Of a stretch of DNA of 64,000 nucleotides, positions 14,245-29,340 are shown in pieces. Made by a program: the position numbers and the translations under genes. The notes under the pieces were generated by a model. It made no database searches. It was given only the letters and a program-made list of their open reading frames with translations, and was not told the DNA's origin. Numbering within the stretch: the stretch's first letter is position 1; each line of letters begins with the position of its first letter. Source of the DNA: the human T2T-CHM13v2.0 reference genome, Homo sapiens; assembly GCF_009914755.1 (NCBI RefSeq), contig NC_060927.1; one strand, 5' to 3'.

Positions 14245-16410
14245 TGAGAAACTGAAGAAAATGCAAATAAATGAAAAAAATCCCGTGATCATGAATTGAA
14301 AGGATTAATATTGTTAAATTTCCCAAACACTCCCTAAAGCAATCTACAGATCCAGCCCAATTCTTATCAAAATTCCCATGATGTTTTCCACAGAAATAAA
14401 AAAAAATCATAAAATTTGTACAGACTCACAAGAGACCTTGAATACCCAAAGCAATCTTGAGCAAAAAGAACAACATTGGAGGGATAACACTACCTGCCTT
14501 CAAAATATATTACAAAGCTATAGTGATCAAAATGGCATGATAAGAGCATAAAAACAGGCATATAGACGAATGGAACAGAATAGAGAGCCCAGAAGTAAAC
14601 CCATGCATTTATGGTTAATTGTTTTTCTACAAAGTTGCCAAGAATACACAATGGAGAAAGAACAGTGTCTTCAATAAATGGTTCTTGGAAAACTGGATAT
14701 CTACATGCAAAATAATGAAATTACACCCTTTTCTCACATTATATACAAAAACCAACTCAAAATGGATTGAAGACTTAAATGTAATACCTGAAACTATGAA
14801 ACTGCTAGAAGAAAACACTGGGGAAATGCTACATGACACTAGTCTGGGCAAAGAATTTTAAAAATATGACACTAAAAACATAGGCAACAAAAGCAAAATA
14901 GGCAAGTGGAATTACATCAAACTCAAAAACTTCCACACAGCAAAGGAAACAATCAAGACGACAAAGAAACAACCCTCAGAATAGGAGAAAATATTTGCTA
15001 ACCATACATCTGATAAGGGGTTAACATCTAAAATATATAAGGAACTTAACTCAATAGCAAGAAAACAACTTGATTTAAAAATGGGAAAAGGACCTGAATG
15101 GACATTTCTCAAAAGAAGACGTACAAATGGCCAATAGATATATGAACAAAATATTCAACATTACTAATCATAGGGAAATGCAAGTTAAAACCACAGTGAG
15201 ATACCACCTCACACCTATTAGGATGTCTGTTATCGAAAAGATGAAAGATAAGTGTTGGAGAGGATGTGGAGAGAAAAGAACCCTTGTAAACTGTTGGTGG
15301 AAATACAAATTAGTGTAACCATTATGGAAAACAGGACGAGGGTCCTCAATAAACTAAAAGTAGAGCTACCACATGATCCAGCAATTCCACTACTGGGTAT
15401 ATATCTGATATGGTTTGGCTGTGTCCCCACCCAAATCTCTTCTTGAATTCCCACATGTTGTGGGAGGGACCTGGTGGGAGGTAATTGAATCATGGGGGCA
15501 GGTCTTTCCTGTGCTGCTCTTATGATAGTGAATAAGTCTCATGGGATCTGATGGTATTATAAGGGGGAGTTTCCCTGCACAAGCTCTTTCTTTGCCTGCT
15601 GCCATCCATGTAAGATATGACTTGCTCCTCCTTGCCTTTCACCATGATTGTGTGGCCTCCCCAGCCACGTGGAACTCTAAGTCCATTAAACCTCTTTCTT
15701 TTGTAAATTACCCAGTCTCGGGTATGTTTTTATCAGCAGCGGGAAAACAGACTAATACAATATCCAAAGGAAATGAAATCAGTATGTCTAAGCAATATTT
15801 TAATTCCTGTGTTCATTGCAGCATTATTCACAATAGCCAAGATACAGAATCAGTCTGTCTATCGATGGAAGGAAGGGTAAGGAGAATGTGATATATATAG
15901 ATGATGGAATGCTATTCAGCCTTATACAAGAAAGAAAAACTCATTTATGACAACATGAATGAACCTAGAGGACAGTGTGTTAAGTGAAATATGCCAAGCA
16001 CAGAAAGACAAGTACCATGTGATCTCACTTACATGTGGAATCGAAAAAACTTGAACCCATAGAAGCAGAGTAGAATGGTGGTTACCAGGAGCTGGAGGTG
16101 AAGGTTGAGGGGTTTGGGAGATGTTGGTCAAAGGATATAAAATTTCAGTTAGATAGGAGGAAAAAGTTCAAGAGATCTATGGCACATTATGGTAACTATC
16201 ATTAATAACAGTGTGTTATATTTTTGAAACTCGGTAAGAAATTAGATTTTAAGTATTCCCACTATAAAAATAAGTATGTGAGTGAATGCATATGTTAATT
16301 AGCTCAACTGAGCCATTTTACAAAGTATATATATTTCAAAACATCATGTTTTACATGATAAATATATAAAATTGTAATTTGTCAGTAAAAAACGAATTAA
16401 TAAAAAAGGA
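14245..16410 (+). mobile_element. 5'-truncated L1 (L1MA-like), decayed ORF2 3' part and 3'UTR, interrupted by THE1
   Basis: ORF fragments resemble L1 ORF2 (KNSVFNKWFLENWISTCK, REMQVKTTVRYHLTPIRM, ELPHDPAIPLLGIY); A-rich 3' end. Confidence 0.92.
15406..15759 (+). mobile_element. THE1 solo LTR nested in L1
   Basis: tgatatggtttggctgtgtccccacccaaatctc...actaataca; perfect 5-bp TSD atatc. Confidence 0.95.
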
Positions 16411-17249
16411 AAAAACTTTGTGCATTTATATAATGTCATGAATGACCCATGAATGGCAGTAGAGGAAAGTGAAAGCACTAATATTTTTTTCCCAGGGCAC
16501 GTCCTTTTCTTAGCAGGCACTTCTCACCAGTAAGATACAACCTCACTTTCCTGTGAAGCCTGACCTAACAGGATCCATTACTGTCCTTGGCTTCTTCCCT
16601 TCGTCAGTGTTTCATGCACCAGCTGCACTGCGCATCACAGGATGCAAAGGGCACTGGAAGAAGAGGCAAATCTCTCCGAATTCTAGGCTTACAGTTCATA
16701 TTCTCTTTGCCACTTAAAACAACAAGTGCAAATAGAATCTTACTGTGTAAATGAAATTTTATTTTCATAGTACAATTACTGTTTAGGGAAGTGTTATTTT
16801 CCACATTTTTAGGAAGGCCTTAGATTATCATTAAGAAGAGTGTTATCTATGTCACATTTTGAAACCATTTCTTTTGCCCAAGAAAGTATAAGATAAATGC
16901 CATCAAAGATCAGTAAATACTGAAGGTAAACAGGCAGTTTTCGAATAGCGATTAGTATGCGGTTAAAGATCCTGAAACTTTTCTGCAACTTAGCGGTGTG
17001 CTCAGACATACAGGTTTAGGATTCAGAATGAAATACAGATTATAACATATGGTAAAGATCAGCCTTCCTTTCAATGCAAACTTTTTTTTTTTTTTTCATC
17101 ACAGGCAAAAGCTGTGGGAAGGGATATATACATATATACAAAAGTAATGCTTATAAACTGGTTATATTGCTTAGTACTTACATAAAGGTATGGTAAACAA
17201 AACAACTACACGTTACACTCATACATTTGAGTTGCAGTTGTTTTGACAG

Positions 17250-17440
17250 CACAGTGACTTCTAAACCTTTGTGGGCACTGGAATCACTGGAAGGCCTTGT
17301 TAAAATGCAGATTGCTAGGCCCCACCTCCGGGGACTCCGATTCAGTAGGTCTGAGGTAAGGCCCAGAATCTGCATTTCTAACAAGTTCTCAGGTGATACT
17401 GGTAGTGCTAGGCTAGGAAACTACACAGAGAACCTTTGAT
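17250..17440. mobile_element. MER5A/B-type MITE
   Basis: cttgttaaaatgcagattgctaggccccacc...aatctgcatttctaacaag. Confidence 0.8.
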
Positions 17441-18276
17441 CTAGATATTGGCATTATGTGTATATAGTTCACAAATGTACTGGAGTTCACAAATGTACTC
17501 TAATGTAGGCATTTCTTTTCTCCTTTGCATGATTTTGAAAAATGCTCCACAGCTATAGCAAGCTCCTGGAAACATCTTGGGTTTACAAATGGCATTTTAA
17601 TTGGTTTAACTTAATTGGATTGTAGGATATTGCACTCTCCAAAGAAGAAAGCATTAAGTTCCCCTAACTGTTGATTGTTCTGAATGATAAGCACTAGGTA
17701 AAGAGAGAGAAGAAAGGATTTAACAGATTTTTAAAAGGAATGTTGTATTTTATTTTCTTTGTTCTAGCAAAACTCCGTTGGCTAACCACAATGACCGTTG
17801 TTAATAGCTTCTCATACAATTGCCTATATATTATTGCTGGAGGAGAAAAAGGAATCTGTTTAACTGTAGAAAAGAAAAATATAACAACTAGCAGACCTTG
17901 ACTGACAGAATAACACGGTCATTGAAAGCATATGCTGGAATCAGATTGCCTGAGGCCAAATCCTGGTTTACCATTTACTACCACCTGGTGACCTTGGACA
18001 AATTACTTAAACTATTTTCATCTGTAAAGCATACGGTCACATGTTGAGTCCCTATAAGGACTGATGATAACAATTCATGTAAATACACCATACATAGGAC
18101 ATAGTACGTGCTTAATACAACTTTGCTTTCATTATTATCTTTCTGGTTAGTGCCTACCAGGTGTGACTTTTAGAGAACTTTTGTTTAGTGGTTGGCAGAG
18201 ACTAGTTGGAGTCTTATACTAGAATAGATCATTTAAACACTTTCCTCATTGAAATACCCAGGATTTTTTTTTCTTA

Positions 18277-18723
<447 letters not shown>

Positions 18724-19592
18724 CTACCAAATTCTATGTTGAAGAATATTGAGGCAAATAAGTGCTGATTTGTGAACAGTCTATTATCGGGCAAAACTAA
18801 AAACTATTATTGAAACTAGTTTTAAAAATGATCCAGAATAAAATTTTGGGTTTTTTTCCTGCCCTTTAATTAACTTCAGCTGCTACTTCCACATTGTTAA
18901 ATTTGATTAGTTGTTTTCCTTTTTTGTTAGGATCCCTTATTTTCCACTTCCACAAATATTTGAGAATGTACTGTGTACAGATTTCCTACTGTGCTGGAAG
19001 TGGTCTTTCAGATTTCTTTCCTGCCTGCCTGCCTTCTTTCTTTCTTCGTGACTTCCATCTTTGTTTCACTCCCTCCTCATTAATCACTCACTGTGTGTGG
19101 CCTGGAGGGAAAAAGCCATGTTGAAGTGGCTCCTGTACTGTATTCCAGCAAGCAAAATTATTAATATTGATAGTGTATCTAATAGTTTCTGTTAGACACA
19201 AAGATTTCAGCTTTAGTCTAACTCCTCTTTCCAATGTTTTCCTTGCCTCGCGGAGAGTAAACATTCAAACACATTTGTTGAACTGAATGGAATGAAACGG
19301 AAGCCATCAATACTTCTAAAAGTAAGGGCTTGACAATCATTTTGGAAGAGGAAGGCACAAAATTGTGTATGGCCTGAAATCAGATGACAATCCTAATTTG
19401 TTTTACAAAGATTCTGGAATAAAGTGATACACATTCTTTAAAATTACTTAATCATATCAACCCTGTAAAAGTAAGTAATAATCAGAGTTTGCAGTGAGAA
19501 GGGAAATTATGAATTATCTCTGGTGGATAAGCATGATGTGGCTGAAAGGAGGTGGTCTGTAGTTAAGAACAAATGCTTTATTATTTATGTAT

Positions 19593-19748
19593 TTCTTCTT
19601 CTTCTTCTTCTTCTTCTTTTTTTTTTTTTTTTAGAGATGGGGTTTCACTATGTTGCCCAGGCTGGTCTTGAACTTCAGAGCTCAAGGATCTGCCTGCCTT
19701 GGTCTCCCAAAGTGCTAGGATTACAGGCATGAGTCACCGCACCCAGCC
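19593..19748 (-). mobile_element. Alu monomer (FLAM-like) with (TTC)8 next to its T-tail
   Basis: Single arm; TSD aagaacaaatgcttta/aataacaaaggcttta. Confidence 0.85.
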
Positions 19749-20055
19749 CAATAACAAAGGCTTTAGGAGCTAATGGGTTGATTTGAGTCCTGGATCCTTT
19801 CCTCTTTAGCTGTGTCACCTGGGGAAAATTTTGCTCTCTAAGATGTATTTTTCTTCTGTGAAATGGGGATTATATTAACTCCCAAAGTTATTGTAAGAAT
19901 TTCAAATAATATATAAAAATATAATCTCATATTACACATAGGAAGTAGGTATGCGATAAATAACAGCTACTAAGATGCATTTCCTTTTACATTACTCCTT
20001 TAGAAATTTAGAAAACATACCTGCACTTAAGGTTTAAATTGCTCTGGTTTGGGAT

Positions 20056-20592
20056 TGAAGGAAATCAAAATGTTTTACTCCAAAATATATTTCTTTGACA
20101 TAATCTGAAGTGGCCCTGCAAAGCTGTCTTTTGTTGGGGAAATTCGCATCTGTAGATCTGTAGAGAATCTGTATTAATGCAACCAGCACTTCCTTTGCCC
20201 AGATCTAGGAAAGATTAACTGAGAGTCTGACACCTTTAAAGGACTGAAAGGAAACATTTACCAGCTATTCTCTCTGAGACTCCTACCTGCCAGAGGCTTC
20301 ATCTATATGATAAGGCCCCCTTTGCTAGCCAAGCCTCTTCCTTTCTCCCTCCCATAACGCATCCTGCAACCAAAACCTGTTTTTGCCCATGCTCTGAGCC
20401 CATATTCTCTCCACAACCTCAAGATGGTATATAAGCTTCTGTACCTCACTGGGGGGTTGGGTCTTCGTTCCGAGGGCTCCTGTGTATACACGTTAAGAAC
20501 ATCTGTATGCCTTTTCTCCCATTAATCAATCTGCCTCATGTCAGTGGTTTTTCAGCGAACCTTTAGGGGGACCAAGGGCTTTGGTCCCCTCA
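20056..20592 (+). mobile_element. ERV1 solo LTR (MER4 group)
   Basis: tgaaggaaatcaaaatg...cccctca; perfect 4-bp TSD ggat; internal TATATAA. Confidence 0.85.
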
Positions 20593-21077
20593 GGATATTG
20601 CCAACATTTAAATTGTTCTGGTTTGGAATTAAGACTATGTGAATGGAAGCATTTGCTGTGCCAAAGTCAGCAAAATCAGTGAGTTACAAAATTGTGACTT
20701 GGCACTTGGAGAGCTGGCTGCTGCACATCCCAGTAAAATCTAACCGAGGTCTGCAAAAGCCTGTCTTGGAGCTCCCCTTCCAAGTGTCCAAATCCAAAAA
20801 GGCTTGAACCATCAGTCTCCAGCAGAAGCTGAATTATTTTTCTTTTGCCTCACTAATCACTATCTTAACCTATTTGTGGAGAAGGGTAATTTTATGTTAC
20901 TTTCTGTGTTTTTCTTAATTCTTCAAGTGTTTTCTAATTTTTTGGGATATATGACTTTTAAAAACAACTCCAGGGAATATTAGTTACACAGTTTGGGTAA
21001 GTGTCAAGAAACTTTATTCTTAAAAACACAGAGATTATATAATTTATTATCACCTCCAGTCACTCTGATTAGTGTAT

Positions 21078-22421
21078 TGTTGGGGCTCAGAAAAATGGTA
21101 CCCCAAAACATGGCACTTGGACGTGCCGGGTACTTTGAACTAAAGAGGCAGCCTCAGAACCAAGGTGTCTCTGACCTTCTCCCATTCCCCTGTCTCTTGC
21201 CCCTCTGCCTCCCCTGAAGCACAGGTAGGGACTTTCTCTGAAGTTCCCAGAAGAAATGCAATCTCCTTAGAAAAGATTAACTCCCAGGAAGGAACACTAG
21301 AGTTGACACCACACCAACTCAGTTAAAGATCCTGAAACTTTTCTGCAATTTAGCAGTGTGCCCAGACTTGCTGGTTTAGGATTGAGAATGAAATACGGAT
21401 TATAACACATGGTAAAGATCAGCCTTCCCAATATGGCTTTTGTTATACATAGATATCTATATAAATCAACTTCTTACATATTTTAAGTTCAGCCTAAAGA
21501 TTTCTCTGTACATAGTGAGCTATAACCTAAATAGAAGCGTAAACAGACTGTAACCTACTGTTGTGCCAATCATGGAGTTTTGGCTGATCGAAGGGGACTC
21601 AGATGAACTTTACCAGGCTGAAACTGCCCCCACAGGGTTGACAAGAATTGCATGCCAGGTTCTGGACAGAAATATGGTGATAATTAAGCATAAATAAGGC
21701 TGCGCTTTGTCCCACTTCCTTGTGGCTAATAGTCACATAGCAGTAGATACTGACAATTTATATCCTCATAGTTCCTACAGACAGGATCTCTGACATTCAA
21801 ATCATAAGGCTTTTGTTTAAGGATCATTAAGATATTTTTCAGACCCTGAATTCCAGCAACCAGTTTGAAGACCCCCACAGATGAATGGGATCAGCATGAG
21901 AACACAGCTTCTTCATCTCTCTGTCCTATAGCTTCACTCTGCACTCTTCAACCAGTTAGTGATCTCTACACTTCTGCCCACTCCAAGACCCTTAAAAACC
22001 CTAGCCCCAAACTCCTCGGGGAGATGGATTTGAGTTTCCTCCCATCTCCTTGTTGGGTGACACTGTGATCAAACCTCTTTCTCTGTTGCAACTTGGTGTC
22101 TTGGCTAACGGACTTGCATTGGGTGATGAACCTATTACAGTTACCAGGCTATTGTCTGTTCTTCAGGCCCCTTCATTTCCCCTAAAAATAATTTACTCTT
22201 CCTCTAAGAGTACCATCATTCCCTACTTCCCTCTCCTCTACGAAGAGGATATTTAGGCTCCAATCATCTGGGCCTTCCCTGAGTTTCATACTTTGTGTGA
22301 CTCTCCGCATGCTTCCACATCAATCCGTTTGCATGCCTTTCCTCCTGTTAATCAGTTTGTTTTGTAGACTCAAATTCTCAAAACTTCCAGAGGTGGAAAG
22401 AAAGTTCCTTTTATCCCTACA
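21078..22421 (+). mobile_element. ERV1 solo LTR (MER39/MER34-like), split by two insertions
   Basis: tgttggggctcagaaaa...ccctaca; TSD gtat/gcat. Confidence 0.8.
21619..22145 (+). mobile_element. Nested ERV1 solo LTR, subfamily not assigned
   Basis: Starts tgaaactgcc; flanked by 4-bp TSD aggc at 21615-21618 and 22146-22149. Confidence 0.8.
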
Positions 22422-22618
22422 GCATTCAAAACACTATTTGAAAGAGGCTAGACTATGTTTTCCTTTTCCTCATCTTATAAAGAAAATTTGAAAACATTAG
22501 TTCTTCACATTGTGAGCTTCCATTTTCTTTGTGATTCTGAAATACAATTTTTAAAGGAATTTTGTAAATGGGTCTTCACCTGTTGGGTCACTGCCTCATA
22601 TAATTTATGTTGGCTTGA

Positions 22619-23029
<411 letters not shown>

Positions 23030-23084
23030 TAAATTGTTCATAGATTAAAAGACAAAATATTTATTTATGCTTCTAACAGTATAT

Positions 23085-23769
23085 TGTTAAATCAACTCCT
23101 TACATATTTGAAGTTCGGCCTAAAGATTTCTCTGTACATAGTGAACCATAACCTAAATGGAGATGTAAACAAACTGTAACCTACTCCTGTGCCAATCACA
23201 CAGTTGTGGCTGATCAAAGGGGGGCAATTGTTCAAATCGTGTTCAAATAAGGCAAATGCCAAGCTGTAACCAATATGGCTGTTTCTGTTCCTCACTTCAG
23301 TTTTCTAGACATCACTTTCCTTTTACTTTCTGTAAATCTTCCTCCCCGTAGCTTCACTGGAGTCTTTCTGAGCCTACTCTGGCTCAGCAGGCTGCCTGAT
23401 TCGTGAATTGTTCTTTGCTCAGTAACTCTGTTAAGTTTAATTTGGCTAACGTTTTTCTTTTCTTTCTTTTTTTGAGACAGGGTGTTGCTCTGTCTCCCAT
23501 GCTGGAGTGCAGTGGCTCAGTCTTAGCTCACTGTAGCCTCTGCCTCCCAGGCACAGTCATCCTTCTACCTCAGCCTCTTGAGGAGCTGGGCTACAGGCTT
23601 GTGCTATCATGCCTGGCTAATTTTTGTGTTTTTTGTAGAGACAGGGTTTTGCTATGTATCCCAGGCTGATCTCAAACTCCTGGGCTCAAGTGATCTACTG
23701 CCTCGGCCTACCAAAGTGTTGGGATTACAGGCGTGAGCCACTGTGCTCAGCCAGATTTTTCTTTTAACA
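23085..23769 (+). mobile_element. MER57-type ERV1 LTR, interrupted by an Alu near its 3' end
   Basis: tgttaaat...aagttcggcctaaag...gttcaaataaggcaaatgcc...ttaaca. Confidence 0.8.
23455..23753 (-). mobile_element. AluJ
   Basis: Diverged dimer. Confidence 0.9.
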
Positions 23770-25897
23770 TCTTTTTGTCTTTTATTACAGGTAGATTGAT
23801 CAGGTTATTCTCTTGCTGTTTGAGTGACTTGGTGTTTCAGATCTATTAAGTCCCAAATTCATGAAATTTTCCTAATTTAACCATAGGCTGAAATTAAAAC
23901 TAGGAGATTATGAATTTCCTTAGTTTAGGCAAATCTGCATAAGTGAACATGCAATGTTTTTAAAAAAACAAATAAGAGTAAATTCTTTACAAATAATTGA
24001 TAACTCTCTAAAAGGATTCATTAAGATTTGTCCAGATAGAAAACTCTCAGGTGCATTTTAAACTATGTTTTGGAGACAATATAGAAAATTTTCTAAAGTA
24101 TTTTGTCTTTGTTTAAAGTAAGGTGTACTGATGGGTAAGAGGAAGGACAGTTTGGTGGGACGAAATCAGACAACCAGCAGGAGAGTTGCAGTCACTGGAA
24201 TAACATAAATGCATCCTGGGTCTCTATGGCAACCAGGGACACCAGCTGATCTTCCACCTCAGCTCCTTGTAGAACAGCCCACCTGTGCCAAGTCTCACCT
24301 GCTTTAGAAACAAACGTTTTATTGCTACATTAAATTGTTCCAAGAATTCCAGTTTATGAAACAGTACCAATCACTTTAGCTGAGCCTAAATCTCTACTGT
24401 ACTTATCATGAAATATTTTTCTGATATAGTAAGTGCTATAAATTTCCTTTTAAAAATACATTTAGAGTGAGCACCAAGGAAAAAACTACATTTTCATGCT
24501 ACATTTACAATTCTTTGAGGTTTGCAGGGCTATTTATTCAGGAAGTTAGTGGACTTGTTTCCCAGCTAAGATCTGGGAGCAGTAATCGTCCTCTCTTGTG
24601 GAGGGTCAGGTGTTTGTAGGGGGCGCTGCTGGTGGCTTAGAAAAGTTTCCAGAGGCTTTCTATTTGCTGAAGATTTCCTCTCTGTCTGTGTCCTACCTCT
24701 CTCTGCCACTTACTAGTTGTGGGTCCGCGGACAAGTTTCTTCAGCTCACTGTAACTTAGTTTCACTGTCTATAAAATTGGACTTACCTGATCGAGTGATT
24801 TAACAGAAAAAAATGAGCTAATATGTAAGAAGTCCTTATAGCACTCAGTAATATCTGCTATTATTATAATTATTTGTTTATTTCACTTCAGATAGTATAT
24901 TTCCTCTTGGTTTCAACATCTAGTAAGCTCAGGAAAATTTCTCTTGCTTATTTTATCACACTTATTTTCCTTAAACACTGAATCTCATCTCAACTAGATT
25001 GTAGAATGCATGAATTTGGATGCACACAACTTATGATATCTTTGTGGTTTTAGATCAAGGCCTTTAAAAGCGTTCAAGGGAATGAAAAGATTGAGACTGA
25101 CTTTGGCCTTCTTAGAACCATAGGAGATATGGTCTTAATCATAGGAGATAACTAGTTATAAAACAGCTAGTTAAACTGGACTTAAGGTTCAAGTAATGGA
25201 CAGACAGACCTGGTTCACACCCTACTTCCACCAATGATTTAGCTGAGTGTCCCAGGAAAATGTGCTTGACGTCACTGAGACTAAAGAGTATCTTTAAAGT
25301 GAGGTTAATAATAATTCACAGGATTATTTGAGTATTTTATATATAACACTTAAAAAACATACGTGAAGTCCCTGATACTTAGTAGCACTCATAAATAGTA
25401 GCTCTTATTGTCATCATCATGACTCCTAATACTATAATAATATATTTCTCAGCATGACATTTATTTTAATGTGACAGTCAGGGTACCAATGTGTAGTATA
25501 TTCCACAGGGCATAGGTGTGAATGAACACTCAAGATGCAATTTCCTTTCCATCGAGTTCTGTTATGTAAATAGTGCTAATAATAGAGTAGAACAGATTTT
25601 GTATTACAAAATAATAGAACAGTAAATGGTAGAACAAGGAAAAAGTGCTAAGAACACAGTGAATTCATTAACACATTTTCCAGCCAAATGTGTAGATATA
25701 CATATATATATATATATATACACACACACCTATATTTCAGCTATTTTAAGTATTGAGATAGCTACTGAATGAAACAGCACATGAAACGCAATGTACAAAA
25801 AATACTTCAAACTTTTTGTACAAAATGAAAATAAAACATTTATGCTATACACTATATATAGGGAAAGATGTGTTCATTGAATAATCAGTTTTGTTAC

Positions 25898-25994
25898 CTG
25901 AGTCGGAGCCACTAATTCCAATTCTGAAGCCGACTCAGAGTTGAGGGCGCTTTTTCCACCACTCAGTTCTGGTTGAGATCTGTGTTCTGAGGAC
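25898..25994 (-). CDS. PEX5L: PEX5L exon 8, (W)SSEHRSQPELSGGKSALNSESASELELVAPTQ
   Basis: cccttatag|G TCC...CAG|gtaaca; 97 nt, phase 2-0. Confidence 0.96.
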
Positions 25995-26295
25995 CTATAA
26001 GGGATGCATTAAGGAAATTAAATGTACACTAGAAACAAATTAAGCTATAAATCCAGCCAAGAAACTAGGTAATTTGGATCATTGAAAGCCATGATGTCAA
26101 AGCTCTCATCAAAATTCTGATGATAGAGATAAGTTTCATGTATTTCTATTATAATGGTCACTTTCAGAATGTAAGAGGCTACAGTGTGCTAGGTGTTATT
26201 ATCTTCGATTAAAAATTCAGTTCGATTATGGGCAAAAAGTAAATAAATGCAGTACCATTTTTGTTACAGAAAATTCTGTTTCATAAAAAAATTAT

Positions 26296-26297
<2 letters not shown>

Positions 26298-26344
<47 letters not shown>
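26298..26344. repeat. T47 homopolymer (A47 in the PEX5L pre-mRNA)
   Basis: Direct count; no adjacent Alu or L1 body. Confidence 0.97.
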
Positions 26345-26345
<1 letters not shown>

Positions 26346-26929
26346 GTAGGGGAAGAAACTTCCCAAAAAGTGTCTCAGGAGAGATTTTATCTTTATATAG
26401 AATTTGCAATGTCATGATAAGTGGAGATGTGGCAGGGCAGTAGGAGACGGAAGCCAGACACTGCCCTTTAGGAAGCTTCAAAAATATGGTACAACTCAGG
26501 TGGCCAGATTTTCTCATAAGCATCAATGCATTATTCTTAATTATTTGATTATCTGATAGTGGATGATGGAGCAAACCAAAAAAGGTACCTGTATAGCTGC
26601 AAAAATTTAACTATTATTTAATATATTGAATATTATCATGTATATACACGTATACACCTATTTTTACTAATTAGCACAGTTACACATTCAGAACATTATT
26701 AACAATGTTGAATTAAGAATCTCTCAAAATGCTTATTGACTGAGTTGCATTGATTTTTGACAGTTGAAATGAAATAATTTGAGTTGGTAGAAGCCACAAT
26801 AATTGGTATTGTTATATAGGGGTTACATGTGATGCCAAGTATTTGGATTGACTTAACTCATTGGCTATTTCAGTGCCACTCATAAAGTTGATACATAAAT
26901 GGCCGTTTTCTGGTATTAAAATACCTTAC

Positions 26930-27053
26930 CATAAGAGCTCTTTTGATCCAGTTCTAGATGAGGATGATTTTCTCTCTGCCATTGGATGTCCCTTGGTATT
27001 TCGATCTCCATGAAACTTAACATCGTCCCATTTTTCCAGTTGTGTTTGAATGT
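26930..27053 (-). CDS. PEX5L: PEX5L exon 7, (D)IQTQLEKWDDVKFHGDRNTKGHPMAERKSSSSRTGSKELL(W)
   Basis: tacttactag|AC ATT...TTA TG|gtaagg; 124 nt, phase 1-2. Confidence 0.96.
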
Positions 27054-27762
27054 CTAGTAAGTACAGAGGAAGCAGGTGAGGCAGGTGGCGGCAGGGCGGG
27101 GTAGGGGGAGCGGTGGCGGGGAGTGGGGTGAGGGTGGAGTGTGTGGTGCAGAGGGAAAAAGATTAATTAAGATTGAAAAATCTTATCCAAGGGAGCTTCA
27201 TTGAACCAATGTTCCCAAGCCCCAAGATCAACCTTTATCTTTCCAATGTTGCATACAAATTAAAACTTGTGCAGCTAAATAGAAATCTCCTGTTAAGATA
27301 AATTGCATTGCTTTTACAGTTAAAGCAATCAAGTTGTTTGACCTGAATTTATTTTTGAATCTGTGTACATTCTGAATCTTGTATATAAGCCTGTGCGATC
27401 TGGTGTAGAATGTACATCTGGAGCACTACTCTATCAGTCTCTGGCTAAAGTGGGGGCTTGGGGGCTTTGCTGGCATGATTCTGGAAAGAAATTCTGTTTA
27501 AAAAGATGAGCTTCAGTGTTAAAAGGAGGTGGGAATAAATCAGAAAACTTTCATAGCTTTTGAATAAAGCATGTAATTTTTCACCAAAAGGAGAGAATTT
27601 ATAATGGGGGAGAGAGAGAAAGGAGGCAATGAGGACAGCCAAGGGAATGCTGGAACCATTTTATCCCTGTGGCTTAGTTCTTACAGATAAAAAATCTGGC
27701 TGGATTCTCTCATTAACAGGTGTGTGGCTGTGAATAAACCACTGAAACAATCTTGGGGTTCA

Positions 27763-28915
<1,153 letters not shown>

Positions 28916-29029
28916 TATTCTTAAAGGTGCTTTTAAACTAAGTACTTTTACAACCTTTTCATAGGACATTTTCTCAGAAGCAGAGAAATAAATGTTCATC
29001 ATTTGCATGCTTATTGTGTTATATTGTAA

Positions 29030-29340
<311 letters not shown>

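Noticed and set aside
14186-16131. Cluster of ORFs with reverse-transcriptase-protein-like fragments
   Set aside because: Frameshifted L1 ORF2 remnants and THE1 LTR sequence; not an intact element.
20033-20628. 22-bp direct repeat flanking the LTR, resembling a long TSD
   Set aside because: The true TSD is the 4-bp ggat; the longer repeat is best explained as an older short tandem duplication split by the insertion.
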